Assembly (NCBI GenBank): GCA_964348015.1
Contig: CAYGBC010000050.1
Location: 261,001-325,000, forward strand
DNA: 64,000 nt
Origin: an uncultured Eubacteriales bacterium
GTDB lineage: Bacteria; Acidobacteriota; Aminicenantia; Aminicenantales; Aminicenantaceae
Direction: 5' to 3'
Positions 38,639 to 47,961 of this stretch are shown one piece after another (within the stretch, counting starts at the first letter, position 1; every line of letters starts with the position of its first letter). Made by a program: the position numbers and the translations under genes. Under the pieces are notes generated by a model, which did no database searches, was not told the origin of the DNA, and saw nothing but the letters and a program-made list of their open reading frames with translations.

Positions 38639-39853
38639 ATGAGTAAAACCTATTCCATCAGCCGGATTGAAAGCTTCGAAAAGTGTCCACTGCAGTATAA
38701 GTACAGATACATCGATAAAGTGCCTCTGAAGGTCGTTACCATCGAAGCATTTCTGGGCACTCAAGTTCACGAAACGCTGAAAGAATTCTATGACTTTATC
38801 AGGAACAGGATCGTCAAGCCGAAGGAGTGGCTTCTCTCCAAGTACGATGAATTGTGGAAGAAAAACTTCGAAGATTCGATCAAGATCGTGAAAAAGGAGC
38901 TCTCAGCGGAGGAATATTATCAGAAGGGGAAGAAAAGTCTGGCCGATTATTACGAGGAATACCAGCCTTTTGACAGAACAAAAATAGTGAAGACCGAGGA
39001 GTCTATTTATTTCAACATGAAGAGGAACTCAGAAGAATACAGTTTTGTCGGTATACTCGACCGCCTCGACTGGAACGATAAAGAAAAAATATTCGAGATC
39101 CATGATTACAAGACTTCATCCACGCTCATGACCCAGGAGGAAGCAGACCAGGATCATCAGCTGCCGATCTATCAGCTGGCTCTGATGAGCAAATGGCCTG
39201 AGGCCGAGAAGGCCAAACTCGTCTGGCATTATCTTTTATTCAATAAACAGATTGTATCCTCCAGGACAAAGAAACAACTTAGTGAAGTCCAAGATAAGGT
39301 TGTCGAAAGAATACAGATCATCGAGGATTCAGAGGAATTCATCCCGCACAAAAGCGCACTCTGTGATTGGTGTGATTTTCAGGAGATATGTCCTCTGTGG
39401 AAACATCCCAAAAAAGTAGAAAAATTGGAGGAGAACAAGTACAAAAAGGATCCCGGAGTGAAAATGGTCACGGCTTATACAAAGTTGGAAGAAGAGAAAA
39501 AAGAACTGAAAGAGAAAATTGCTAGCATAGAACACGAGCAAGCGAAGATCGCAGAAGCGGCTATTGAGCTAGCCGAAAGAGAGGATATCCGTGTCATTGA
39601 TGGACCGGGTAAGCGGTTGGTCATTACACTCAAAGAAGAGCTTGCGGCACCAACACGGAAAGACGATCAGGAAAAGTGGACGAGACTGCGCCAGTTTCTC
39701 ATCGAGAATGATAAGTATAGGGACGTATCCACTGTGAACAACAGCATGCTCATCAAGACGATGAAAACCTGGCCCCGGGATGTCTTGGCCAGGATAAAGG
39801 ATTTTCTGGTGAAGAAAAAGATCCGGAAGGTCGATCTCAAAAATAAGAATTAA
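38639..39853 (+). CDS. PD-(D/E)XK nuclease (AddB/RecB-C-terminal/Cas4-like) with putative Fe-S staple and C-terminal coiled coil
   Basis: YSISRIESFEKCPLQY, GILDRLD..IHDYKTS, QLPIYQLA and CDWCDFQEICP (1+3 Cys arrangement). Confidence 0.88.
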   Translation: MSKTYSISRIESFEKCPLQYKYRYIDKVPLKVVTIEAFLGTQVHETLKEFYDFIRNRIVKPKEWLLSKYDELWKKNFEDSIKIVKKELSAEEYYQKGKKSLADYYEEYQPFDRTKIVKTEESIYFNMKRNSEEYSFVGILDRLDWNDKEKIFEIHDYKTSSTLMTQEEADQDHQLPIYQLALMSKWPEAEKAKLVWHYLLFNKQIVSSRTKKQLSEVQDKVVERIQIIEDSEEFIPHKSALCDWCDFQEICPLWKHPKKVEKLEENKYKKDPGVKMVTAYTKLEEEKKELKEKIASIEHEQAKIAEAAIELAEREDIRVIDGPGKRLVITLKEELAAPTRKDDQEKWTRLRQFLIENDKYRDVSTVNNSMLIKTMKTWPRDVLARIKDFLVKKKIRKVDLKNKN

Positions 39854-40069
39854 TGGCACCTGTGTGAGTTTATTTTTTTGAACCCGAATATTGTCTGAGA
39901 CCAAGACAGTCGCCGGCTTTAAAAGTCCTGGTTGACACGGGGCCTGAATTCACTCGGAAATATCCTCGACCACAGATTTGGCCCCATGACCGTGGAGAGC
40001 CTACTCGGCTGGAGAACTCTTTTCTTTGGCCTCGACGAAAAGAGTGCGGGGACTTCATCCGAAATTCGA

Positions 40070-40098
40070 TTGACATTTTAAGGAACAATTCTTATATT
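40070..40098 (+). promoter_or_regulatory. Near-consensus sigma-70 promoter of the secreted-paralogue operon
   Basis: TTGACA(40070-75)-N17-TATATT(40093-98), about 155 nt before the AGGAGG RBS and ATG 40256. Confidence 0.65.
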
Positions 40099-40255
40099 TA
40101 GACAGAAGCCAAGAAGGAAATGAGCGGATTCGAGAACTCTTCCCATACAAAAGGGCACGGCCCGAATATCTATGCGCTGGTCTTTTCTCCAAAAGGTTTT
40201 CGACACTAATCGAAACAAATAGATAATTTTTATGGCTTTGAAAAAGGAGGAAAAA

Positions 40256-42430
40256 ATGATGCGTCTATTATTTCGCCCAAAAAGTCTGTTTACCTGTCTT
40301 TTCATCGTCACATTGGTTTTTACTTCGACAAGTCTCTTGAGCCAGGCTTCTGATATCGAGGTGTATAACTTTATCAAGAAGGCGCGTTCTGCCAAATGGG
40401 AAAGGAATAACACTGCTGCGGGAAGGCTGCCTTTCAACGGTCCAAACACGGATAAAAGGGGATTCGCGCGCTACGTGAACGGCGCAGTCCTGGAAAATAA
40501 CGAAAAGCCCCGCACATCTGTTCTGCAGACTCATCCCGAGTGGAAAAGGAACGGAAGGATTCACGGGGTATATGAAGGAGTGAAGATTCCGCCGAATGCA
40601 AGATTCGAAGCCGCAGTCGGATTTCTCAAAGGAGCGCAAGGAACGGATGGCGTGACCTTTGAGGTCATGGTGTATGATCCGGCTACGAAAGGCGGGTATG
40701 TTGTACTCAAGAGAAGAGCTGTTTATAACGGAAGGATGAATCGGTTAAGGGCTGATTTAAGCAAATATGCCAACAAGACCCGAACAATCATCCTTCAGGT
40801 TTCTGCCGGAAATTCTTCGTCTAAAGACTGGGCCGTCTGGAAGGAGGCGAAGATCATGGCCAGGCCTGTGGTCGCGACCACAGTGAGAACGACTGCAAAG
40901 GCCCAGACCACAGTCAAAAAGACCGCCAGAACAAAGGCGGCAATTCAGCCCGGAAAATATCAGCTTGCGAAGATGAAAGCCGTGCAGCTCAGGCCTGTCG
41001 GAACAGCTCCGCCTAAACAGGATATCACCTATCTCGGACCGGTCGAAGTGGAGGAGCCCATAGTCCTTTCAGAACATATCTATAGGGACAATAAAAATCG
41101 AAGTCTATTCTACTTCCTGCCCAAAGAGATCAACTTGGTGCGCGGCCGTGACCAGGGGAGTTACAAGATCAGCGCTGTCTGGACCCAGGATAAGAAGATC
41201 AAAGCCACTCTGATCTTGAGCGCGAACATCGACCCCTCAGATGTGAAGATACTGGAAGAAGTTGTGAGGAAAAAATACGGACGGAGAGCTGTCCTGAGAC
41301 CTCTTCCTTATGACGAAGCAGAGATCATTGACATGGAAGGCTGGGGGGACTGGCAGATCGAAGACATCCGCATTCCGAGTTTCGGGTCATTGGAAGGGGA
41401 GATGCCCGTGAATATCACCATGACTCCGGATAGCCTTGCCGAACTGAAGCCGCTTCTGGAGAAAGAAGGATTAACCGCAGGAATGCACATTAAATCCGCT
41501 GCGATTGAAAAAGAAATCCCGATCAAGATCGGATTGCGCTATTTTGCCGGGAGGTTCCACTCTCCCCTTGATGAGGTGAACTTTTCCTTTAACAACAAAG
41601 ATTCCACGTTCACGATCCACAACGTGAAAAACTATTCAGACTTTCCTTTGAAAATCGATAACGTGAACCTCCGGTTTCAATTCCAGAAGGGAAGCGAAAT
41701 CTACCGCGCTCTCAGGTGTGACCCCGAAGTGATCATCCCTCCGGGGGAGGAAGCAGCGATCAAAGTCCTGATCGCCCCGAAAGCCATACTCAAAGAGGAA
41801 TTGAAAAAAACACTCGGAGAAGAAGTGAAAGAACAGAAGAAAAAATCCATACTGGATCAGGCACTGGATATCGTGAAGGAAGAGGCAGAAGAGATCGTCA
41901 AGAAGAAAGCCAAAGAGAAGGTCGGAGTGGATATCCCGGAAGGCGAGGAATACATCGACCCTAAAGTCAATCAGTTCTTCAAGGACAATCTGAAGAGCTA
42001 CTGGCTCGAAATATTGCCTGATTTCGACTGCCAGGAATGTCTGGACGTTATCTGGGAAAACGTTGAGGTTGTGTCCTACATCGAAAGGATGAGGAAGATC
42101 AACATAGAGGTGCTCGACAATGTATTCGAGGCCTCCCAGTACGAGACTTCCATCGAGATTGAAAAGATCCACATCGAGATCAAATCTCCCTATCTCAGCC
42201 CTCAGCCGAAAGAGGGTTTGATCGCCTCTGTGGACCTGACCAAGGATAAAATGCAGGATGCCATTCTGGTTTATCTGCCGCTTTCCGACCAAGAGCCTCT
42301 GGAATTCTATTACAAGATCAAAGCTATAACAAAGTCGGGCGAATCAAGGGAATCCATGGATTGGGAGTTTGTCTCAGATTCACTCGACCTCACCGTGGGC
42401 GTGTTTCATGTGGCAGAACTGTTCAAATGA
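40256..42430 (+). CDS. Secreted protein 1 of the paralogue operon: putative galactose-binding-like (NPCBM-like) N-domain, divergent family core and C-terminal beta-sandwich
   Basis: Signal peptide. The segment LQTHP..GRIHGVY..RFEAAVGF..DGVTFEV..ADLSKY..IILQV..AVW.EAKI looks like a jelly roll. IYRDNKNRSLFYFLP matches the (F/Y)xDHxD..(F/Y)YYxP start of the downstream paralogues. Confidence 0.75.
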   Translation: MMRLLFRPKSLFTCLFIVTLVFTSTSLLSQASDIEVYNFIKKARSAKWERNNTAAGRLPFNGPNTDKRGFARYVNGAVLENNEKPRTSVLQTHPEWKRNGRIHGVYEGVKIPPNARFEAAVGFLKGAQGTDGVTFEVMVYDPATKGGYVVLKRRAVYNGRMNRLRADLSKYANKTRTIILQVSAGNSSSKDWAVWKEAKIMARPVVATTVRTTAKAQTTVKKTARTKAAIQPGKYQLAKMKAVQLRPVGTAPPKQDITYLGPVEVEEPIVLSEHIYRDNKNRSLFYFLPKEINLVRGRDQGSYKISAVWTQDKKIKATLILSANIDPSDVKILEEVVRKKYGRRAVLRPLPYDEAEIIDMEGWGDWQIEDIRIPSFGSLEGEMPVNITMTPDSLAELKPLLEKEGLTAGMHIKSAAIEKEIPIKIGLRYFAGRFHSPLDEVNFSFNNKDSTFTIHNVKNYSDFPLKIDNVNLRFQFQKGSEIYRALRCDPEVIIPPGEEAAIKVLIAPKAILKEELKKTLGEEVKEQKKKSILDQALDIVKEEAEEIVKKKAKEKVGVDIPEGEEYIDPKVNQFFKDNLKSYWLEILPDFDCQECLDVIWENVEVVSYIERMRKINIEVLDNVFEASQYETSIEIEKIHIEIKSPYLSPQPKEGLIASVDLTKDKMQDAILVYLPLSDQEPLEFYYKIKAITKSGESRESMDWEFVSDSLDLTVGVFHVAELFK

Positions 42431-42523
42431 AACGCGCAGAGCCTACAGGAAATAATAAGAGTCTCTAAAAGATTTTATTAGAGAGGAAGGGAGAAATCCT
42501 TCGCCTCTGGAAAGGAGAATACG

Positions 42524-44194
42524 ATGCGTTTCCTCAATCGTTTGCTTTTAATCGGATTCAGTGTATTTGTTATCACTTTTATGGTTCATGCGGAGCTTTT
42601 ACTCGATACCGAACCTATCCAGGCCGGGAGTGTCATGCTGTTTAAAGACCATGCGGATGAACACGGCTATCATTACATGCCCTTAGCACCGAGAATCGCT
42701 ACCTGGCCCGATGGAACACCCAAGTTCAGTTTTCTCCAGTATGTTCGAACAGGAAAAGAAGTGACCGGAGGAATCCTCCATTTTCTGGTGACTTATGCCG
42801 TAACGGATGAAGATCTAAGGGAAGCTGAGAGAGAGTTGAAGAAATTCGATGAGGACGGGAAAATCATAGGGCCTGTGCCTTTCACAAAAGGCGAATTCCA
42901 CATCATCTCTTCCACAGCCGGAGAAGGAGGGATCTTCACGCGGAAGGTGACTGGAACAGGAAAGGCGCCTCTGCTGGCCGGAGCCGAAGCCGCGGTATCC
43001 ATCGCTTTGAATGAGGAAGGATCGACTTTTCTGATAGAGTCCTTCCAGAGGCCGACCTCTGATGTATCTGTCCAGTTCGTGATGACCTATCAGGGGCTAA
43101 CGCCTGCTTATGAAGCGTCTTTAACGGTCAACTGGGATAAGGTCTACGAACACCATGAGTTTCAGGCTGAGATAGGCAATTTTTTCACGAGCGCCAAGAT
43201 CAGCGCAGTCTTCGACGAGCTGAAGGAACAAGGCGCAATCGTGCTGGAAGTGACAGGAGAAGACACCAAGATGGACGACCTGTTGACAACGGCCTATAAC
43301 ATTCTGACTAAGATGATGTTCGAGGCCAAACCCGTGAGCACCGAAGACTTGGGAAAGGCAAAGGGCAAGTCCGGGAGCAATTGGCTGGGAAAACTCTTCG
43401 GCCAGGCGCATGCGAGCTATTCGATGAAGAAGGTGAAGATGTCAGGGTTGTACACTGTAGACTTAAGGCGGCGAAAAAGAGACCAGAGGGAAATTCCCTT
43501 GACGGGAAACATCGGGAATTTCTACGAAAAACACGGAAAGAACCAGGAGATTTTTGGGGTGGTCGACCTGGATGATCCGACGTTCGAAGAGCGGACGATC
43601 CACGTCATTCTGGACGGGGAGGATTTGGAGACCTTCGGGCAATTCATCAACTTTGCCGGGATCACGTTTAAAAAAGAGTATGAAGATGAAAATATGAAGG
43701 CCGTGGCCGAAGACATCATCTTTGACAGGACCAAATTCACCGAAAGCGGTAACAAGCTGTCCTTCACTTACAGAAGGAAAGGTGACAGTTCTGAAAAGTG
43801 GCTGGAATATGAGTATAAGCCGATCTGGAGTTACATCGGAGGCCTGGAAGTGGCGGGGAGCTGGATGAAGACATCTCAGCCCGTGATCACCCTGGCTCCT
43901 CCTCATAGATACCGTTTTATTGAAGTCTTGGCCGAAGAAGAGAACATGAACGAACACGGCATCATACGAGTCGCCGTGCAGTTCAAACACACCAATTTCG
44001 GGAAAGAGATCCAGAGAGAAGTCGTCCTTAGGAAAGGAGAGCCTCTCAATCTGGACTATTTCTATTTCCACGAACCGAATAACCTGGATTATGAATACAA
44101 TATCATGTGGCTCTTGAAGACCGGAAAAAAGGTTTCTTCAGGTTGGAAAAAAGCCACTGATCCCTTTGTCTATGCCTATTTTGAGGGGGAATGA
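42524..44194 (+). CDS. Secreted protein 2 (full-length member of an uncharacterised family)
   Basis: Signal peptide cleaving VHA/ELLLD. Conserved core LFKDHAD..YMPLAPRIATWPDGTPKF..GGILHFLVTY..GPVPF.KG..GEGG..GKAP..YQGLTPAYEA, then FEERTI.VILDGED and a terminal DYEY..W..SGW..DPFVY. Confidence 0.85.
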   Translation: MRFLNRLLLIGFSVFVITFMVHAELLLDTEPIQAGSVMLFKDHADEHGYHYMPLAPRIATWPDGTPKFSFLQYVRTGKEVTGGILHFLVTYAVTDEDLREAERELKKFDEDGKIIGPVPFTKGEFHIISSTAGEGGIFTRKVTGTGKAPLLAGAEAAVSIALNEEGSTFLIESFQRPTSDVSVQFVMTYQGLTPAYEASLTVNWDKVYEHHEFQAEIGNFFTSAKISAVFDELKEQGAIVLEVTGEDTKMDDLLTTAYNILTKMMFEAKPVSTEDLGKAKGKSGSNWLGKLFGQAHASYSMKKVKMSGLYTVDLRRRKRDQREIPLTGNIGNFYEKHGKNQEIFGVVDLDDPTFEERTIHVILDGEDLETFGQFINFAGITFKKEYEDENMKAVAEDIIFDRTKFTESGNKLSFTYRRKGDSSEKWLEYEYKPIWSYIGGLEVAGSWMKTSQPVITLAPPHRYRFIEVLAEEENMNEHGIIRVAVQFKHTNFGKEIQREVVLRKGEPLNLDYFYFHEPNNLDYEYNIMWLLKTGKKVSSGWKKATDPFVYAYFEGE

Positions 44195-45201
44195 TTAGAA
44201 AAAGAGTCTTTTCTTCTGCCATCTGTCTCGTGATCCTGGCGAGCGTAATGCTCGACATGCATGCGGACCCTCTGCTAAGCCAGGGAAGAATCATCGGTGA
44301 CAAGATTTTGGTTTTCCCAGACCATGCGGCAAAGAAAGTTTTCTATTACGTTCCGACAGGAATGGACCTGACACAGGCCTACGGGAAACCCCAGTTCTTC
44401 TTCTATAAATACGTCTACATCAAATCGGGCTCTTCAGGCGAGACAGAGAGAATGGCCGGAGGTGTTCTGACCCTTTCGGTCGAATTCAGCGATGAGAGTG
44501 AAGAGCTTAAAGAGATGATGGGGGAAAACCTTGAGTTCAAGCCGATTCCTGTGGAAGAGCTCAAATGTGTCCTGAACTACAGCGTTTTTGAGGGTGAGGA
44601 AAAGAAAGAAGAAGAACTCTCCCAGAGGAAAACGCCCTGGACAAAAAAGAACTTCACCATTCCTCTCAGCCGCAAGACGGCTCCTTATCTCTGGGAGATC
44701 TTTGAAGGTGAAAAGGCCCTCGGCTTGAGCATGGACTGTGAATTCACTTTCAGCGGATATGAGCTGAAAGAAGGGAAGTATGAAGAAGCCCGGAGAACTG
44801 ACCGGATGGCTTTTCCTGTGAGCGTATCGATGACGGAATATCCGGATCTTTTCAAGGTCATCAACCTTGCCAATAAGGTTTCTTTCAATTTCCGGTACAT
44901 GACAGTCCTCTGTTTCGATTTCGTGAATCAAACAAACCCGGATGTGACAAGGAAGATCGTTGAGATCGAAATCCAGACCGCGCGGGGACAGAGAGACTTT
45001 AAAAGGATATATTTTTCCGAAGACTCCGAGACACAGAAGGATCTGGAATTTGACATCCCTGAAAAAAAGGGCGGCACATACAGATTTCGAATCACGAATG
45101 TTTTGAAGGATGGGAGGACTCAAAGGACTGAATGGCAGGAGGGAAATGATTTCTACCTTGATGTGTCTGAGTATGAGATGCTAGTCAAGGATGAGAAATA
45201 A
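44191..45201 (+). CDS. Secreted protein 3 (short paralogue: partial core plus terminal beta-sandwich)
   Basis: Signal peptide MHA/DPLLS, VFPDHAAKKVFYYVP..GKPQFFFYKY..GGVLTLSV..KPIPV, and terminal TYRFRITNVLKDGRTQRTEWQEG. Start overlaps the previous stop (ATGA). Confidence 0.82.
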   Translation: MIRKRVFSSAICLVILASVMLDMHADPLLSQGRIIGDKILVFPDHAAKKVFYYVPTGMDLTQAYGKPQFFFYKYVYIKSGSSGETERMAGGVLTLSVEFSDESEELKEMMGENLEFKPIPVEELKCVLNYSVFEGEEKKEEELSQRKTPWTKKNFTIPLSRKTAPYLWEIFEGEKALGLSMDCEFTFSGYELKEGKYEEARRTDRMAFPVSVSMTEYPDLFKVINLANKVSFNFRYMTVLCFDFVNQTNPDVTRKIVEIEIQTARGQRDFKRIYFSEDSETQKDLEFDIPEKKGGTYRFRITNVLKDGRTQRTEWQEGNDFYLDVSEYEMLVKDEK

Positions 45202-45226
45202 ATGCGGATCACAAAGGAGATGTCCA

Positions 45227-47941
45227 ATGAAGTATAAAAAGATCGCATTTGTGTTTATCCTCTTCTTTTCCTGTCTGATTCTTCTGAAGGCAGAGGTTTC
45301 GCTGGAGGAAGTCATCCAGGCGGGACGGTTTGTTTTTTACAGAGACCATGCGGATCCTCATAAATATTATTATGTTCCGGATGAGCCGAGGCTCGCCACG
45401 AAGAGGGATGGGACGCCTGAATTCACATTCATCAAATACACAAAGACTGGCGGGGACATCAAGGGCGGAATAGTGCATTTCTTGGTGACCTGGGGACTGA
45501 GGGAAAGTGAGATTCTTACGGCAGAGTCTTCTCTCCAGATGCTGGACCCCGAAGCCAAAGTTGTAGGGCCAGTCCCTTTCAAGGAAGGAACGTTCAAGAT
45601 CATATCCGCCACTGCCGGAGAAGGAGGTCTTTTTAACGTGAAGATTTGCGGAGAGGGGCAAGCTCCCATCATGCCCGGCCAGAAGGGAGCCGTGTCCATC
45701 GCTTTGACTCAGGAAGGGGCGTCTTTGCTCTGGGAATCTTTCAAGAATCCGACCACGGATATATCAGTTATGTTCATGCTGAAATACAGCGGGATCACCC
45801 CTGCCTACGAAGCCAAGCTCAAAGTCGATTGGGACAAAGTCTACACCCATCATGACGTCTCTGCAGCCGTAAGTGGGACAGTGAAGGCCATCAAACTGGA
45901 CGCGGAGGTTAAAGCCATTTTTGATGAGTTGAGGCAGAAAGGGGCCATCCAGCTGGAGGTGACTGGGGAGTCAAAGGAAATGGAAAAGCTTCTTGAGGTG
46001 GCCTACGGCCATCTTATCAAGCTGATGTGCAACACGGATATCAAATCAGATGATCAGATCAAGAAATCGAAATCCAGGTCAACCCGGCGAAGAACGACCC
46101 GGAGCACCAGGAAAATAAAAAAGATCGCATCGCGTGAACTCGCTCCGGTCCTCTTCTATTCCGGCGACTCGTTATCTCTGAGTTCATGGGTCAGTCAACT
46201 CAATCCGTTCCAAACACCCAAAGCCATATTCCCGGGATTGGGAACAGCTTGGACTCTGGAAGAGAAGCTTTCAGGGCAGGACCAGCAGAGGTCTGACGAG
46301 GGAAGCCAGAAAGCGCTGAGCCTCAAAGAAGAAGGAAAAAATCATGAGGATGCGGGCGAATACATGAAAGCCATCGAGAAATACGTAAAAAGCTACGGAA
46401 CTTCTCCCGAGCCTGAGCTTCTCCATTCAGTGGCCAAGATTTATGACGAACATCTTCAAGACCCAGAAAGGGCGTCGCAGAATTACAGCCTGTACCTGAG
46501 AGAGGGAGAGAAAAAGAATGTATTTAAGGGGCGTGAAAACATAAAAAGCACAATCCAGGAGAGGATTCAGCGTCTCAAAGAATCTGTTGAGCACCACAGC
46601 AAAGGTATGGAACTGAGCATTGAGAAATCGTATCGCGAAGCCTTGATGGAGTTTGAACAATCCCAGGAAATCGCTCCGTTCTATAAGAATCTCGAGGCCA
46701 TGGGATCTTGCCACGAGAAATTGAATGAGAAGGAGATGTCTCTCGAGTATTACAGAAAATTTCTGGATTATGTCAAAAAATATACTGAACAGTTCGGGGA
46801 AATCGGTATCGAGCAGAGAATAGAGAGAAAGATCGACAGCCTTCAGTCCGGCACAGATACTCAATCCCGGACAGGTGAGATGGCTGACAGCGAGAGCACG
46901 GGGAAAGATGCGCAGAAAGGAAGCCAGGCTGCGAAGACGGATAAAACAACAGGCTCGCAGGAAAAGGCTCAACAGGAAAAAAGCGGTTCCACAAAAGGAC
47001 AAACAAAAGATGCAGGAAAGCAACGGGCTTCCTCATCGGGAAAACAGACTTCATCTCCAAGCCGCATCCCACAGCGGTCCACAAGAAGACGAGCACCCAC
47101 AAGGCCAAAAACTTCAAAGAAAACCCCTGAGGTCAAGCCTCCGTTTAACTTAAAGGTCAGCTACACCTTCAAGAGAGTCAAAATGTCCGGCCATTATGAA
47201 GTGGACCTGAGGCACCGCATTAGAGAAGAGAGGATCATGGTCATGAGCGGGAACATCGGCGGTATTTACCAACGGTTCGGGGAGGACAAGAGCTATTTCA
47301 GCACGGTTTCACTGGATGACCCGGTGTTCCAGGAAAGGACGATCGAAGTCATCCTTGACGGCCAGAACTTCGAGGATTTCAAGGAATATATCAATAGTGT
47401 TTCGGTTTTATTTAAAAAAGAGAGGTGGGGAAATCCCGCCACGACAGGAGAAGTCAAATTCTTCGATGAGCAGTTTGCGGAAAAAGGAAACCGGCTGACT
47501 TTCACCTACGGAAGAGGAGGAGAAGGCTCGACAGAATGGCTCAACTACGAATACAAGCCCAAATGGAGTTTTCACGGGGGAATTGAGTGGGAAGGCGATT
47601 GGGTGAAGACTTCGGACTCGGTAGTCACATTAAGTCCGGTGGTCAACTACCGAAGCGTTCAGATCACGATGGACAAGGATAACATCGAAGAGAACGGCAT
47701 CAAAGCCGCGGCCTTCCAGATCAAGCATCAGATCTTCGGGAAGGAGACTCTGCGAGAAGTCATCGTTGACCATGAAAAAGGTGATCCTTTGGAGGCGGAG
47801 TACAGATATTTGCATGAAGAGGGAATATTGGATTACCAGTACAAGGTCATCTGGCTTCTCAAGGATGGCAGAGAAATTCACTCGGATTGGATAAAAAAAG
47901 AAACTCCGATCATATACGCTTTTTATCAAGAACAGGATTAA
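45227..47941 (+). CDS. Secreted protein 4 (full-length paralogue with an ~360-aa inserted TPR/low-complexity module)
   Basis: Signal peptide LKA/EVSLE and a core near-colinear with protein 2 (FYRDHADPHKYYYVPDEPRLATKRDGTPEF..GGIVHFLVTW..GPVPFKEG). Two TPR-like units lie at about 46310-46850. ATG 45227 follows AGGAG. Confidence 0.85.
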   Translation: MKYKKIAFVFILFFSCLILLKAEVSLEEVIQAGRFVFYRDHADPHKYYYVPDEPRLATKRDGTPEFTFIKYTKTGGDIKGGIVHFLVTWGLRESEILTAESSLQMLDPEAKVVGPVPFKEGTFKIISATAGEGGLFNVKICGEGQAPIMPGQKGAVSIALTQEGASLLWESFKNPTTDISVMFMLKYSGITPAYEAKLKVDWDKVYTHHDVSAAVSGTVKAIKLDAEVKAIFDELRQKGAIQLEVTGESKEMEKLLEVAYGHLIKLMCNTDIKSDDQIKKSKSRSTRRRTTRSTRKIKKIASRELAPVLFYSGDSLSLSSWVSQLNPFQTPKAIFPGLGTAWTLEEKLSGQDQQRSDEGSQKALSLKEEGKNHEDAGEYMKAIEKYVKSYGTSPEPELLHSVAKIYDEHLQDPERASQNYSLYLREGEKKNVFKGRENIKSTIQERIQRLKESVEHHSKGMELSIEKSYREALMEFEQSQEIAPFYKNLEAMGSCHEKLNEKEMSLEYYRKFLDYVKKYTEQFGEIGIEQRIERKIDSLQSGTDTQSRTGEMADSESTGKDAQKGSQAAKTDKTTGSQEKAQQEKSGSTKGQTKDAGKQRASSSGKQTSSPSRIPQRSTRRRAPTRPKTSKKTPEVKPPFNLKVSYTFKRVKMSGHYEVDLRHRIREERIMVMSGNIGGIYQRFGEDKSYFSTVSLDDPVFQERTIEVILDGQNFEDFKEYINSVSVLFKKERWGNPATTGEVKFFDEQFAEKGNRLTFTYGRGGEGSTEWLNYEYKPKWSFHGGIEWEGDWVKTSDSVVTLSPVVNYRSVQITMDKDNIEENGIKAAAFQIKHQIFGKETLREVIVDHEKGDPLEAEYRYLHEEGILDYQYKVIWLLKDGREIHSDWIKKETPIIYAFYQEQD

Positions 47942-47961
47942 AACACTTTGGAGGTCAAAGA

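Noticed and set aside
40110-40200. c-di-GMP riboswitch in the operon leader (GGAAA..GGGCAC)
   Set aside because: The complementary pairing segments and conserved GCAAA/GTGC elements could not be found. It needs an Infernal scan.
38639-40255. CRISPR-Cas locus suggested by the Cas4-like nuclease
   Set aside because: No regularly spaced direct repeats in the flanking intergenic DNA or elsewhere, and no cas1/cas2 or effector genes.
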